64,000 nt of DNA from Trichoplax adhaerens. Its lineage: Eukaryota; Animalia; Placozoa. Positions 15,001 to 26,867 of this stretch are shown here, one piece after another. The position numbers and the translations under genes were made by a program. The notes under the pieces are model-generated. The model was not told where the DNA came from and made no database searches. It saw nothing but the letters and a program-made list of their open reading frames with translations. The DNA is taken from positions 12,719,694-12,783,693 of the forward strand of contig NW_002060943.1 in the NCBI RefSeq assembly GCF_000150275.1, written 5' to 3'. The stretch's first letter is position 1; every line of letters begins with the position of its first letter.

Positions 15001-18000
15001 CCCCATTGCAATCTGTGTAATTAAGCTACTTCGATTCGAAATATAAAATACATTACCTATACTATAACTTTGAAAGGCACAGTTCGATATTTAATTAGTG
15101 TAACTCGGAATTATTTATTATTGAAATAGGAGATTTATGAATAACAAAATATCCAAAATCGACAAAGAAGTGCTTGGTGTAGATTCCATTGCTCATACTC
15201 TGTAAAAATTGATTATTAACAAACTACCTTATGTCCGATACCTAATGAGAATCGTAAAGAACAAGTATGCAAAAAGATGATTATTCTCTGTTTTATTGCT
15301 TTTTAGCACATTAAGTGGTAATAATCTAAATGAGATTCCGGTTCAGCTATTTACAAATACCCCGCGTCTCATAAACCTGTAAGGCGAAGAATAAATAGCG
15401 AAGTTAAATGATTGTGCTAAGATTATTTACCTAAAACTTCATACTATGGTTTTTCTAGGAATATATTTTTGATTTGATTTTAACTACATGATAAAAATTT
15501 TTACTCTACTTTATCTTATATAATTTAGTTGCAATCTAACAATTTGTAATAATTCTACAAAACATCATTAGATTAGAATACTATTTCAAGATTTAACCAT
15601 TGGATTTGTATATGTTTAAAAACTATGTTGGTATTTTATAGTAGTTAAATGGTCATAAAATTTTAATTCTGAGAAAATTTATAGATGTCATTTTATCGCT
15701 TATTCAGGGAGTTAGATCGTAATAAAATTGAAGTAATTCCCGATTTTGCTTTTGTTGGAGTTAGTCTTATCGAATATTTGTAAGTATCCTACAAAGCATA
15801 GAAAACCAAAGCACAAATTACGCTATTGATAATAACGACACCATTTACCATATCTGTAGGACAATGCTTAATATTTTGGCATCGTTATGACTTGATCCAA
15901 AATCTATTTAATGTCTTTCATAATTCAAAGTAAAGAGAATAATTTCCATAAAATTTAAAAATAATTTCTAAATAAAAGCTGTATATTTAATATTTCTTCT
16001 GCAGGAATTTAAGTAATAATAATATTTCTTCTATCGTAAAGAATACCTTTGCTGGCTTGTCTCATATACTGGCACTGTAAGTTCAATAATAATACAACTA
16101 CTTATTTGCATTTTAATTAAACGTAAATTAATAGCAACTGTTCATTACTTTTATTAGTTATCTTAACAACCTACCAAAACTAAAGTATCTAGAAATGGAA
16201 ACATTTACTGAAATGAATTCGCTTGTTGGCTTGTAAGGCATACAAATTTCTCTTTGCTACTCGATAAATATAATATCATAGCCAAAATTCCAATTGAATT
16301 TTATTCACAATTTGATAATTCACCTATAAACCTTCACCTACTGTACATCTTGAGCTTTTGAGTTGCTATGAATTCATCCAAAGCTAGCCTTGCAAGGAGA
16401 AATATACCAAACCAATGCTTTTAGTTTACGGATATTTGAGGAAACTACTCATCCTTCTAATTGCAATTTTGTAGCGACTTTTTACACTTATTTGTTTCTA
16501 CATTAACTAAAATTTGACTGGAAGACGTATTACAAATTGACGAACTCTTGCACTCCGTCGCAGTAGCCAAAAGTAGTGATATCTCTACTTTACCTATAAG
16601 TTGAAGTCGCGAAATTTAAGCTCAGTTACATAATTAAAGTTGAAATATTCAAATGTAAAAGTTTAATAATGAATCCATGATAGCTGCATTACAGTGTCTT
16701 GTTTATAGAATCATTTATGCAATAAAATTCTTTACAATCTAGCTACTAAGTTAAGCAACTACATTATGGAGATGGGAATAGGAATTTTTGTCTACGTTAG
16801 AATAATTTGATTAAGCTTAACCTTATTTAGTCAATTTCTAGTATTAATACATAGTATCATGTTTTATTACTATACCGACTATTGTGAGATAGCAATACTA
16901 AAATTAATATTTATATGAAGAAGCTGAGAACAATCTTTTGATAGTTTGAATAACTGTGATTGAATTGATTTATGAGAGATTGTTGATTAATTTAAGAATA
17001 TTCTGTGTGTCGGTGATGCAATTTGACTACCTTGTAATAGTCATTGGACATCTTTACTGATAAAGACTACTGTCTTCATCAGCTACCTAAATTACTATGT
17101 AATCCACTAGAAGGTTTCAATACTAGTAATGCAACTACTTAGCTTAAACTACGAAGCGTCAAGTTCTATCTGATATTTGGTTTAGGAACATACCAAATAG
17201 ATCGTAAATTGTGTTGCTGTTAATAGCTGATATGCTGGATTTACAGTAGCATTACTAGACCGTAAAGGCAATTTCTGTAACAAATCTACAATTAGAATTA
17301 CAAGCGTAAGGCCTTATACTATTCTTATTGTCTTTTATTTACCATATAGTAACTAAATTATGTGCTATACAATTTGTTATAGTTTTTTTTATAGTTACAA
17401 TGGCTCCTGCTTAAAAGTATTCGATCTCAATCACTTGACATGAATATTAAATTTATTAAATTTTGCAAACTACCTTTAATAGCCCTTTGTACCGTTATAG
17501 AATAAGAAATTATAATTCTGGTTAGAACTTAGAAGTAAAGAGAAGATATTTTCGACGTGATTATATTGATTTCATAAACTAGATCTTTGCAATATTGTGG
17601 CCTCAATGCTTCCTTTGTAAATCAACTGATCCATTATTTGCCAGGCATATATGATTTGTGAGTGAAAAGAAAATAATAACGAATTTTTGCCAATAAGAGT
17701 TTGTAGAAACGCTAATTTTATGATATAGAACAATAATGAAGTAAACATTTGGAGTTATTTGAAGTACTCGTGTCAGTTACTGCATTAGAAGTAGTAGACA
17801 ATGTCAATGTAGAAATTAAATTGGTGATGAGTATTCTTATATTAAAGTTACTTTATTACAGCTTACTTGCAATAAAACACTAATCCGACAAGTCTAGATT
17901 AAGCAAATTCTGGCATTGTAGATTTATTTTTCAGCAGACTAATGAAAACTGTAACAGGTGTAGATTACAACTACTTTATCACTAATGTTAGTCTTATCAT

Positions 18001-21000
18001 TCAAGACCAGTTAAACAACAAAAATTTTACTATCATATATTAGAACAGTATCGAGAACAGAGAACCAAATATCAACTACTAAACTTATGCTGTAATTTAT
18101 ATGCGGACTTTATATACTCCCACTTAGCCAGCGACAGTGCACACGAAATCATAATTAATACAAAATTAGATTAATGTAATTTAGCATCCCTACTGACTAT
18201 ACCTTAGCAGATAACATAAATTACTTTTATGTATATCAAAACTTATGATTAACCAACTAACTCTCCGTAACTTAGTACTTTACGATAGGAAAGTATACAG
18301 TAAGCATAAGATAAGTATGCATTACCAGATATTGTCTGCATGGTTGCAAGAGTTGCAAGATGAACAGCAGCTTTAGTAAATAAAACTAAAATAAATTATA
18401 GCATTGATTACGAAGTTAGAGTACCTGACTCTGTAACATACCTTTCCTAGTTGTAACTTACATTTTCTAGCTTACAACAACATAAATACATGAAATTGGT
18501 TTTTGAGAAGTAAATCGTCTTTTTCAGATCACTTGATGGTAATAACTTAATTGGTCTTAGAAAAGACTTTGTTGAAAAATTGTACCGTTTAGATGACGTG
18601 TACGTACGAGTATAAGTTTTATTTTAAGAAACAGATCAAAAGATTGTTATTTTCTAAAGTCGGAAATAATTAACGAATGTATGATCTTATCAATTAAGTT
18701 TTTCCATACTTTGGTAATCATTAATTAGGACATTAGGTTACACTCGCCTTTCTAGTAATGATATTTTTGAAATTTTATCAAAAAAGTCTGAATATACAAA
18801 GCTGTAAGTTGTCGTCGATATTTTTATATGACTTGATAAAACATATCATAGAATATCTTCTTTAAAGATTTGATACTACTCGTATTCTCTTAGCGCATAG
18901 AAGAGGCTATGAGAGCTATATGGAACTATAGCTAGTTTACAGTCGATGTTATTACTACGAGTAGACATATGAAATGTTTGATATATAATTATAATTTGAA
19001 AATTTTGAGTTTATTTGACGTTTTACAGTAAACTACATTATCTCATAGACATAGGTTACTCTTAGATACAATTTTTATAAATAGATAACTACTCTTAAAT
19101 TAATAGCGGAATTAATGTCTGCTTTTGTATCATCGTTTTAGCGTACTGGATGGTCTTCAACTGCGTTCGTTCCCTCCAAAATTACTACCTTACATACGCT
19201 CCGTAATAACTCTGTATGTGTACTTAAATTAGTGCATAATCTCCGTTCACTACAATTTATGGTAGACGTCGAAAGTCTAACGCGACGGGAATAGTCAATT
19301 TTAGAAGTTTCATGAAACATAATTTTATCTGCCAGGATTGTAAGGAAATAATTTCTTCCTAATCAATTATTAGGAGTTTAAAAGACAATCTCATCCAGTC
19401 TCTGGATGAAAGATTTATCAAGCTGCTAAATCTGGTATCGCATCTGTATGTTACTACTGTTTTTACATTATTAAATTACCGTCATCTATTCACTAAGACA
19501 GGCAGTGCATGCTAAAGTTTAATAAATTACATTTAAACTGTACTAGCCCGCTCATCTATTATTCTGTTATTATAAGTTCAATTTTTAAAATAGCCTTACA
19601 GACATTTAAATTTTACTTTTTATCTTGAATCTACAATAAATGTCTTGTAGGTTTACTTGTCATTAATATATACTAGTAAGTTATTAAATCATTTAATAGC
19701 GGTACATGTTTCAAAAATTTGATAAATTTCAATTAGCATCGGTTCTATCCAACAATTATATATCGATACTTGACTATCCCTAGTGTAATTCCCACACTGA
19801 ACAGCTGAAGTACACCAAATTATTGCCTAGATTTAGAAACCATGAAATATAAAATTAATTTAATCATAGCTTACATTTTTAGCTTAAAGTTCTAAAATAT
19901 GAATTACTACTTCTGTTATCTAGTTCCATATTAATCCTTCCATTTTCCTATCTTAAATCGATCAGTATATCTTAACACACATATGTGGAATGTATCTTTG
20001 ACTCAACTTTGATCTTAAATAGAATATTTCTAAAAATACTCTTCTACTACATCTTATTGAAGCTCATATTCATAGGAACGCCCCCCCCCCCTCAAAGAAA
20101 TAATTGCCATTTCATAATAATGAACTATAACAAAACATAATCAGAAACATGTCGAAGTAAATCAGCTTCTTTTAATTACAGGAATCTAGCCAACAATCAA
20201 TTAGGAAACGAAGACTATTCTAAATTGAAATATGTTCGAAGTTTGAAATCTGTGTATGTATCATAACTTAACTTACGAACTACTACCCGACAGTAATAGA
20301 TTACTTATTATCTCCACTACACCTGGAGGCCTACTGTGTGGTGTTCTATACTACTTGCGGCCACATAGGAATAAGACCGTTCTAAGAGTTTACTATAGTT
20401 GTATTAATTGAGTATTCGAAACGCTATCTAATCACGAACTAAGAAGCTGAGCATTCACTCCTCCTTTTATACCCTACCACCACACATGTGGTGCACACAT
20501 AGTAATTTAGCAACATAATATTTACATGGTTCGTATAGATAAACAATCCTCAATAGCTATATAGTTCACTATAAGTACAACTAGTAAACAATTTTAATTG
20601 GCAATAACTAATAAATAGCGAAAGAAACGAACGAGACTCTGCATGCTACTCGCACGTTACTCGCACTTTGCGGCGAGTGCTAAGGTGTGGCCAATATTAG
20701 TATCTATAAAGATTATACTAATTGATTTCAGAACACGCTTGCATCTTGGTTGTCTAGCAAAACTATACACGATTAATGTTCATAATTACTGCTTGCTGTA
20801 TTGCTATTAGCTACATGCGAAGCCTACTTAATTAACATGTACAATGCTTAGCTCCGTAACAGTATGTAACCAATATTTTGACATACTTTCGAATTAGTTT
20901 CTTATTGCAATAGTTATGAAAATAATTAATTTTTATTAACGCAATTATTCATTTAGACTGCTGTAGAATCAAACTTGGAGTTAATGAAAAAACTGTAATT

Positions 21001-21995
21001 AATACTGTATGCTTCAAATTCATGCATTGCAGAGACTTATCTTATAACAAAATTAGCAGCGTTTGTTCCAGTGATATAAACATTAGGACGTGGTTATCAT
21101 TGGCAATCTTGTAAGGCTGGCACATTCATCTGCTAATAATTTGATTATTTACTTAAAATAACATGTGTATTGCTATCTTGGAAATTTTTACCTATTTAGA
21201 TACCCGATATTTTAGAGTATACCTATTCTTCATGTAAATTCTTTACATGCTTCAACTTCTATAAACATAGTTACCCTACGTCCTATCACTTTGTTTCAGA
21301 ATTTACTTGTTTATCATAGTATTTCTTTAACGGAAATTTAGACAAATTACCATAGCTAATTTATTTTCCTTAATTAAAAAAATGAAATATGGAACATAGA
21401 TTTGACTTAGTAAACAAATTATGTATGATTTAAAATCTTGTTATAACAACTAACGAATGAACACTGAATTAGTGTTATCTAAATTTTACTGCGAACGAAA
21501 ACAGGTTATTATTAATCAATAGAGGCAATGAAAAATATCAGTACGTTAACGTTTTACTAGATTTTTAATAATTATAATCTATTGCATTCCTGAACAGAAA
21601 TCTAGAAGGAAATCAAATAAAGACCTTAGAAAATTATTGTCTGTCATATTCTCGCAGTTTACGAGTTTTGTAAGTTAATTGTGAAATATAGCATATAAGA
21701 TATAGCAAATAGAAAATAATAGATGTTTTTGGTGTTGTTATTATTTTTTAATCCTAATTATATTAGATACGACAATATTTTCTCAATCTTAATTTAATTC
21801 TATAGTAAGTTACGACAAATAATGTCAGAGTACTAAACAAGATGATGCCTATTACTGTCAGACTATGATATTTCAATAAAATAACGTTGATTTCTTAATT
21901 TTTATGCTATTTATGTCGTTCAGGAATCTACGAAATAATCCATTAATCGAATTTTCTGGAGATATTCTGTTAGAAAACTCTGTATTACGAGAAAT
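53..21995 (+). CDS. Array of 36 single-LRR exons (66-81 bp, mostly 72 bp, all phase 2-2): receptor ectodomain
   Basis: Exons: 53-124, 1223-1297, 2286-2357, 2484-2549, 2663-2740, 2862-2933, 3087-3158, 3401-3472, 3573-3644, 3773-3844, 4248-4319, 6409-6489, 6614-6682, 8054-8125, 8284-8355, 8488-8559, 10688-10759, 12860-12931, 13093-13161, 13246-13317, 14057-14128, 14945-15016, 15130-15201, 15307-15378, 15708-15779, 16005-16076, 16158-16232, 17583-17657, 18528-18599, 18729-18803, 19142-19213, 19374-19445, 20182-20253, 21033-21110, 21598-21669, 21924-21995. Most translate to xLxxNxIxxLxxxxFxxLxxLxxL-type units, e.g. DLSANRISELPTNVFMDLIALER, NLTGNLITSIEEFAFQDLVQLRIL, DLAGNILTSLPANLFQNTPYLQS; a few are divergent. 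Confidence 0.85.
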
Positions 21996-24900
21996 GTAAG
22001 CATATTTATTTACTTACTCTTAGTATATTATTTAGCCAAGTTTGTATCGTGGATTATTTGCTACGTTTAGCATAGCGATCTACAAATAGTTCAGAAAAAT
22101 TGCACAGTATGAAGATACTCTACTGAAGTATAAATGATTTTAAGCAATATTATGCTAATAGTGACATTTACATATGTGCAACTCCTATCTTTAGGCATAG
22201 TAGTTTGTTCAGTAGACTAAATATCGGACTGAAAAATGAGTATTTTGCAGCATTAATTATAATCGTATTGTATAATAACGGCGACTCTTTCAATTCTATC
22301 TCGGCCGAGACTGTTACTTTATAAGAATTAGATTCTTAAATTTTGATCAAATACTTTTGGATATATTTATTACAATCCTAAGCCACACAGGTTTAATTAT
22401 TACGCTCTTTAATATTCAGTATAATCTTGGCAATAGTAGCAGAAAAATTTACTTGATCATTTTTCTATTAGATACTCAACGCGAGTTTATCTCTGTTGCG
22501 TTGTACCATCCTCAGTGACTGTATGTGAGCCTTTTGCAAACCAAATGGAGTTATCTACATGTTCAGATCTATTATCCCATGGCCTATTAAGTATTATGAT
22601 TTGGATTTTTGGCTCTATATCCATTATTGGTAATGTTCTTGCTGCCATATGGGGAATACGATCCAAGGATTCTAAACGTCCTATTTCAACGAGACAATTG
22701 CTTCATTTGTCGATTGCTGACTCTATCATGGGATTCTACTTAATCGTTATTGCATCAGCTAATATTTACTTTGCGGGAGTTTATTCAGAATATCTTGAAG
22801 CCTGGTTACGAAGTCCAATGTGTTTATTGGCATCCTTTCTCGTCTCCTTATCTAGTTTTATGTCAACTATAGTTTTGTTCTTAATCACACTTGATCGTTA
22901 CTTGCATTTAGTTTACCCTTTTTCTGATTGTCGTTTATCACTTAAGACTAATAGCGGATTATTAGCCATGGCATGGTTGATATCGTTTGTATTTATTGGT
23001 GTACCTATTATTTTAAGCTTTAATCAGCCTGCTATTAATCGTTTATATGGCAGCAATAGCGCCTGTTTACCCAGTAATTTCGACAATCCAAATTATGTAG
23101 CATGGCTATTCGCCTACTGTGGTGTAACTTTTTTAATATGGATAGCCATTGCAATTATGTATGCTGTTATCATCTTTACGCTAACTCAAGCGCGTAAGGC
23201 AGCAAAACGCGAAGAACGCTTTAATGATAAAATTATACGATACAAGATGATCACCATTGTTCTTACTGATTTGATCTGTTGGGTTCCGTTATATGTTATA
23301 TTAGCCAAAATCCTGCTTGGTAACATTCTGGACATTCATACTTTGCCGTTTGTTGCTGTACTTTCTTTGCCACTGAATTCATGCATTAACCCAATCCTTT
23401 ATACATTATTTACAACAATGTTTATGAACGCCGCTAAGCAGTTTTGGGATACTTCAAGCCAACATTTTCGTCAATTTATGCCATCACAATCGGAATCTGC
23501 TCAAAAGAAACCTAATTCTAGCAATAGCTTAGGAAGTAAAGAGTGTAATAGTTATTTCATGCTGTGTTTATATAACTAGTTTATTGTTGTTTAACGATTT
23601 CATTAGCAATAGATAATCTCAGTATGCCATTTATAGTTATTATTGACGGCTTGATTCTGCTTCTCTTTAGACGCCATTTTTAATTTCGACCAAAGTCTAT
23701 ACATGAAACTATTGGCAGTAATAAATGACGATATCGTAAAAGTGAGTATTCTATTTAGTAACTACCATACACATTCCACAGGTGCCTCTCTAACCAGATT
23801 CCAGACGTTTTGTACTTTACACTGTTAAAAATGCTCTTTCATATTGTTGTCTTTCACATTAATTTGAACAATTAAAATTATGACGATATCAAAAATAAAC
23901 AATGATCAAATTTCGTATACTTAAATCTTATCGAATATCTTTGTCACCAATATTAACTGTTCACATCAAATTTATTTACAGTAGCTGATGCTTTCACGAA
24001 TAGCTCATTAAAATATTATTGTCAATTTATTTCTTACATTTGGATGCAGTATCTTAATATTATAAACAATCTATCGATTGTTCTAATAGGCGAATCTTTT
24101 GGATATAATTAGGATTGATTCAAAGTTTAAATCATTTTTGATATAATTAGGATTCATTTAAAGTTCAATTTCACGCCAAAAACAAAAAGAGTGTGATCGC
24201 AATTCTTAAATTGTATGACTTAAAAGATCGAAAATTATGGGAAAACGAAAAGCAATTTCAGAAAATGATGAGATCACATAATTATCAATTAAGAAATATC
24301 GTCAATAGCTTGTATTTAACCGAAGGAAGAAGCTTCCATTTTAAATTGGAACAACATAATTTATCACAAAAACTGTAAATAAAGATAACAAAATTAACTT
24401 GTAATTATTAAGAAATTTTCAGTTATTAAGCTTGGTTAATAGCTTTAGAGCTCATAATTTTGCATCCTATGTATATTGCACAACATAAAGTAAGCAGGAC
24501 CTTTTAATCCTTTACTTTATGATCGTATGATATAGGATAACTTGCTACTCCATAGTTAATGAAGAAATACAACCGTTGAAGAGTTTAATTCATTCCAAAC
24601 TTCTAACAGCAAAAAATATCCAACAAATCGTACGTGATCTTATCCAAGCAATGGAATCATTATTTTCCAATTTCATAGTACATGGCAATGTCAATCCTGA
24701 ATCTATTTTGGTCGCAATATCTGATCAGGTAATCAATTACGCTAACTGACTTGTCCTTATCTCTTGATACTATGGCTGCTATCTATAGACTCTACTTCCT
24801 AAGCATTTTGCTGAACTAAATTGTAAATCACCGACACTATCGTAATAGCTAAAACATTGATTAACGATTTATTTTATAACAATATTTATATTAAATATTA

Positions 24901-26205
24901 GCAAAGCCAGTACTCACACCCTTCTAAAGTCTCCTAATTTGATATAGTATGATATTTTTTGACTTTAATTAGCAAAATTAATGTTTTCAGTTTTTGTAAT
25001 AATGCTGGTATATGCTCTCTTTAACAAATGAGACTAAAGTCCGAAATATGAACGCATTCAATGTTTGATAAGCTAAAGACACCCAGCTATGGATTCATAT
25101 AATAAGCCTCATCAACTCATCATTAGTAGTTTCCTCTACTTCTTAAAATAGGAATTATAACATTTGAGAAATACACGCTCGCGAAAATAATCGTGCTAAT
25201 ATTCAGTTCACTATCACTCATGTTCCTTTACTTAGCTGTTGAACTCAACTTTATTAAATTCTATCAGTATGTATTGTAGTCCATCGTAGCTTTAAATTAA
25301 AATAATAAGATTAAAAGAAAATGAATTAATTGAAAATTCGATTGTAAGATTGTTTGCTAGTGACTATTCTTAAATGATATTTATGATTTGTGTTGTTGCT
25401 TTTACCCACCCTTAAGTATATCATGACTCTTAAGGTATTAATACATTATACTTATTTACTATTATGCAGAACTTATCGCAACGCTTTAATTTGAAGTGAT
25501 GTTTTATAATTGATCCTACAATATAAAATTTAATGTAATCATCCAACTTGATATGAAAGTTATGGTTTGATTGAAAAATCAAGTTTACGTAATAATGAGA
25601 AAGATTTACTAATTCTGATTCTAATTATATAGATACCTAGTCGCACTGCAATAATTACTTATCTGTCTAATTTAGAGACAAGAAGTTCATGCTGTTCTGG
25701 GCAATTTTACATCTACTCGGTGTTTTAATAATTCATCGGATTGCTTGGAAGGAACACGCCATGATTTAGTGAATGTCTCCAAAGTATGCGACATGTTTAC
25801 AGGTTATTATAATGCTATTTTTTCTCAATCATCTGATATCAGCAGTAACTATGAGTTTGAAAGTTGCATCAAGAGCTCAGGCTCAACCGAAACTGATTGG
25901 ACAAAAACCATGACAATGGTATGTTAACTGTGATTCTGTAAAATAATCTACTGTAAGATCTTAAATTGCAGTAGCAGTTGTAAATGTATTACTGCTTCAG
26001 ATCAGTCATCCATACAATGATTTCGTATCTGAAGATAACTTTATGACATTAATTAAAAATGCCATGTCTGTTTAAATGATTTTCTTTATAATTTAAGATT
26101 CAAACAGTAAGCACAGCTATTATCTCACAGCAGCCTGCAATACAACCGAAAGATTTAATGAAAAACTTACTAGCTATTATGAAAGAAGCCAAAGGGTGTA
26201 AATAA
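53..26205 (+). CDS. Multi-exon LRR-containing GPCR (LGR/RXFP type C-like 7TM) with predicted C-terminal pseudokinase domain; 5' end upstream of window
   Basis: Manual exon chain with AG/GT boundaries and consistent phase. 36 LRR exons (53-21995); hinge+7TM exon 22472-23535; linker exon 23671-23741; kinase-like exons 24151-24374, 24536-24728, 25676-25918; terminal exon 26001-26075 or 26098-26205. That all LRR exons belong to one transcript is inferred, not shown. Confidence 0.75.
4785..5840 (+). mobile_element. Solo LTR, family B (older), interrupted by a family A solo LTR
   Basis: Starts TGTAGTG, ends TTTACA, flanked by direct repeat CCAAC/CCAAC. Both halves align by eye with 38564-39088. 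AATAAA near the 3' end. Confidence 0.7.
4868..5424 (+). mobile_element. Solo LTR, family A copy 1 (~555 bp)
   Basis: TGTAATG...TATCACA termini; TSD GAAGC/GAAGT; internal TATAAAA and AATAAA; highly similar to 50168-50719 and to the reverse complement of 11810-12364. Confidence 0.85.
7073..7702. mobile_element. Solo LTR, family C
   Basis: TGTCAC...GTAACA termini; TSD CTTGA/CTTGA; 5' half similar to 8626-9067 (GATGTCACAAA...AGATAACGTAAT...TTAGACGCCT...TTCATGAGTCAT). Confidence 0.7.
8626..9067. mobile_element. Solo LTR, family C
   Basis: Perfect terminal inverted hexamer TGTCAC...GTGACA; TSD CTGGA/CTGGA. Confidence 0.75.
10983..11490. mobile_element. Solo LTR, family C-related
   Basis: TGTTAC...GTGACA termini; TSD CCGAT/CCGAT; 3' end (TCACGGTAG...TACCGTGACA) matches the end of 8626-9067. 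Confidence 0.7.
11572..12644. mobile_element. Degenerate family C-like LTR hosting family A copy 2
   Basis: Segments on either side of 11810-12364 resemble 8700-8930 (e.g. CAGCAG..AACATT.ATGAGT.ATC; CACAGAATCATTT). Ends CTGTGACA. No clear TSD; left boundary approximate. Confidence 0.45.
11810..12364 (-). mobile_element. Solo LTR, family A copy 2 (inverted)
   Basis: Reverse complement of 4868-5424; TG...CA termini; perfect TSD ATAGT/ATAGT. Confidence 0.85.
22472..23535 (+). CDS. Hinge + rhodopsin-class 7TM exon of the LRR-GPCR
   Basis: ORF 22515-23579 extended to the acceptor at 22471. Hinge YLCCVVP..CEP..LSTCSDLL; TM3 LDRY; ECL2 LYGSNSACLP; TM6 TDLICWVP; TM7 LPLNSCINPILY. These motifs are typical of relaxin-receptor/GRL101-like LGRs. 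Confidence 0.93.
24151..25918 (+). CDS. Protein kinase-fold (pseudokinase) exons downstream of the 7TM
   Basis: Exon 24151-24374: ...VIAILKLYDLKDRKLWENEKQFQKMMRSHNYQLRNIVNSL (beta3 Lys / alphaC Glu). Exon 24536-24728: ...IVRDLIQAMESLFSNFIVHGNVNPESILV (alphaE + catalytic loop). Exon 25676-25918: VHAVLGNFTSTR...RHDLVNVSKV (DFG-equivalent, subdomain IX). Splice phases are mutually compatible. Confidence 0.75.
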
Positions 26206-26374
26206 CGAGAATTAGCAATTCGCATTGATGAGTTAGTCTATTTAATTATGAAATCTTTGTATTAATAATGGACTATTCATGAAATAGCAATGACTGATGT
26301 TACTGATTTTAACGGTTTAATTCATTTACGAAATTTCATTTCTCTTAAAATTCAGCATTTCTAGCCGACTACCT

Positions 26375-26867
26375 CGCTTTGCAACTACTAAACTTTGCAA
26401 TGATGCTAGCAATGAACACTAACACTGCAAAATTATCCGTTAATTAAGTCATTGAACTTCGTCGCAATAATTTAAATAATTAGCTATAACCGATTTTAAT
26501 TGCCCATGATTGAATCCAAAATATCTTGCATTTAGAAATTTTATGAATCAGTATTTAGCATCTGCTGAGAAATAATTCCTGTTTAAATACCTTTGTGCCG
26601 TTGTTGCGGATTGATTTATCCTAATTGTTGGATAACATTATTGTTATCAATCTATTCTATTACTTACTTGTCTCAGGATGAACTCTTATCGTTTTGTTGT
26701 CACTTAGTTTCACTTGCAGGCCTGTAAACCACCAAAGAAAGGTATTATTTAGCTAATTTATAATTTGATTATAAATCTATTATTACCTGTAAAATAGTTG
26801 TCAAGTTATATACAACTGGGAAAGAAATGTATGAAGTTCTTAATTTTCATAAGGCGAAGCTGGTATC
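26375..26867 (-). pseudogene. Possible decayed exons of an unidentified gene
   Basis: Exon-like blocks with AG/GT ends on the minus strand (e.g. ~26669-26722 GLQVKLSDNKTIRVHPET). Neighbouring blocks contain in-frame stops; no family recognised. Confidence 0.25.
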
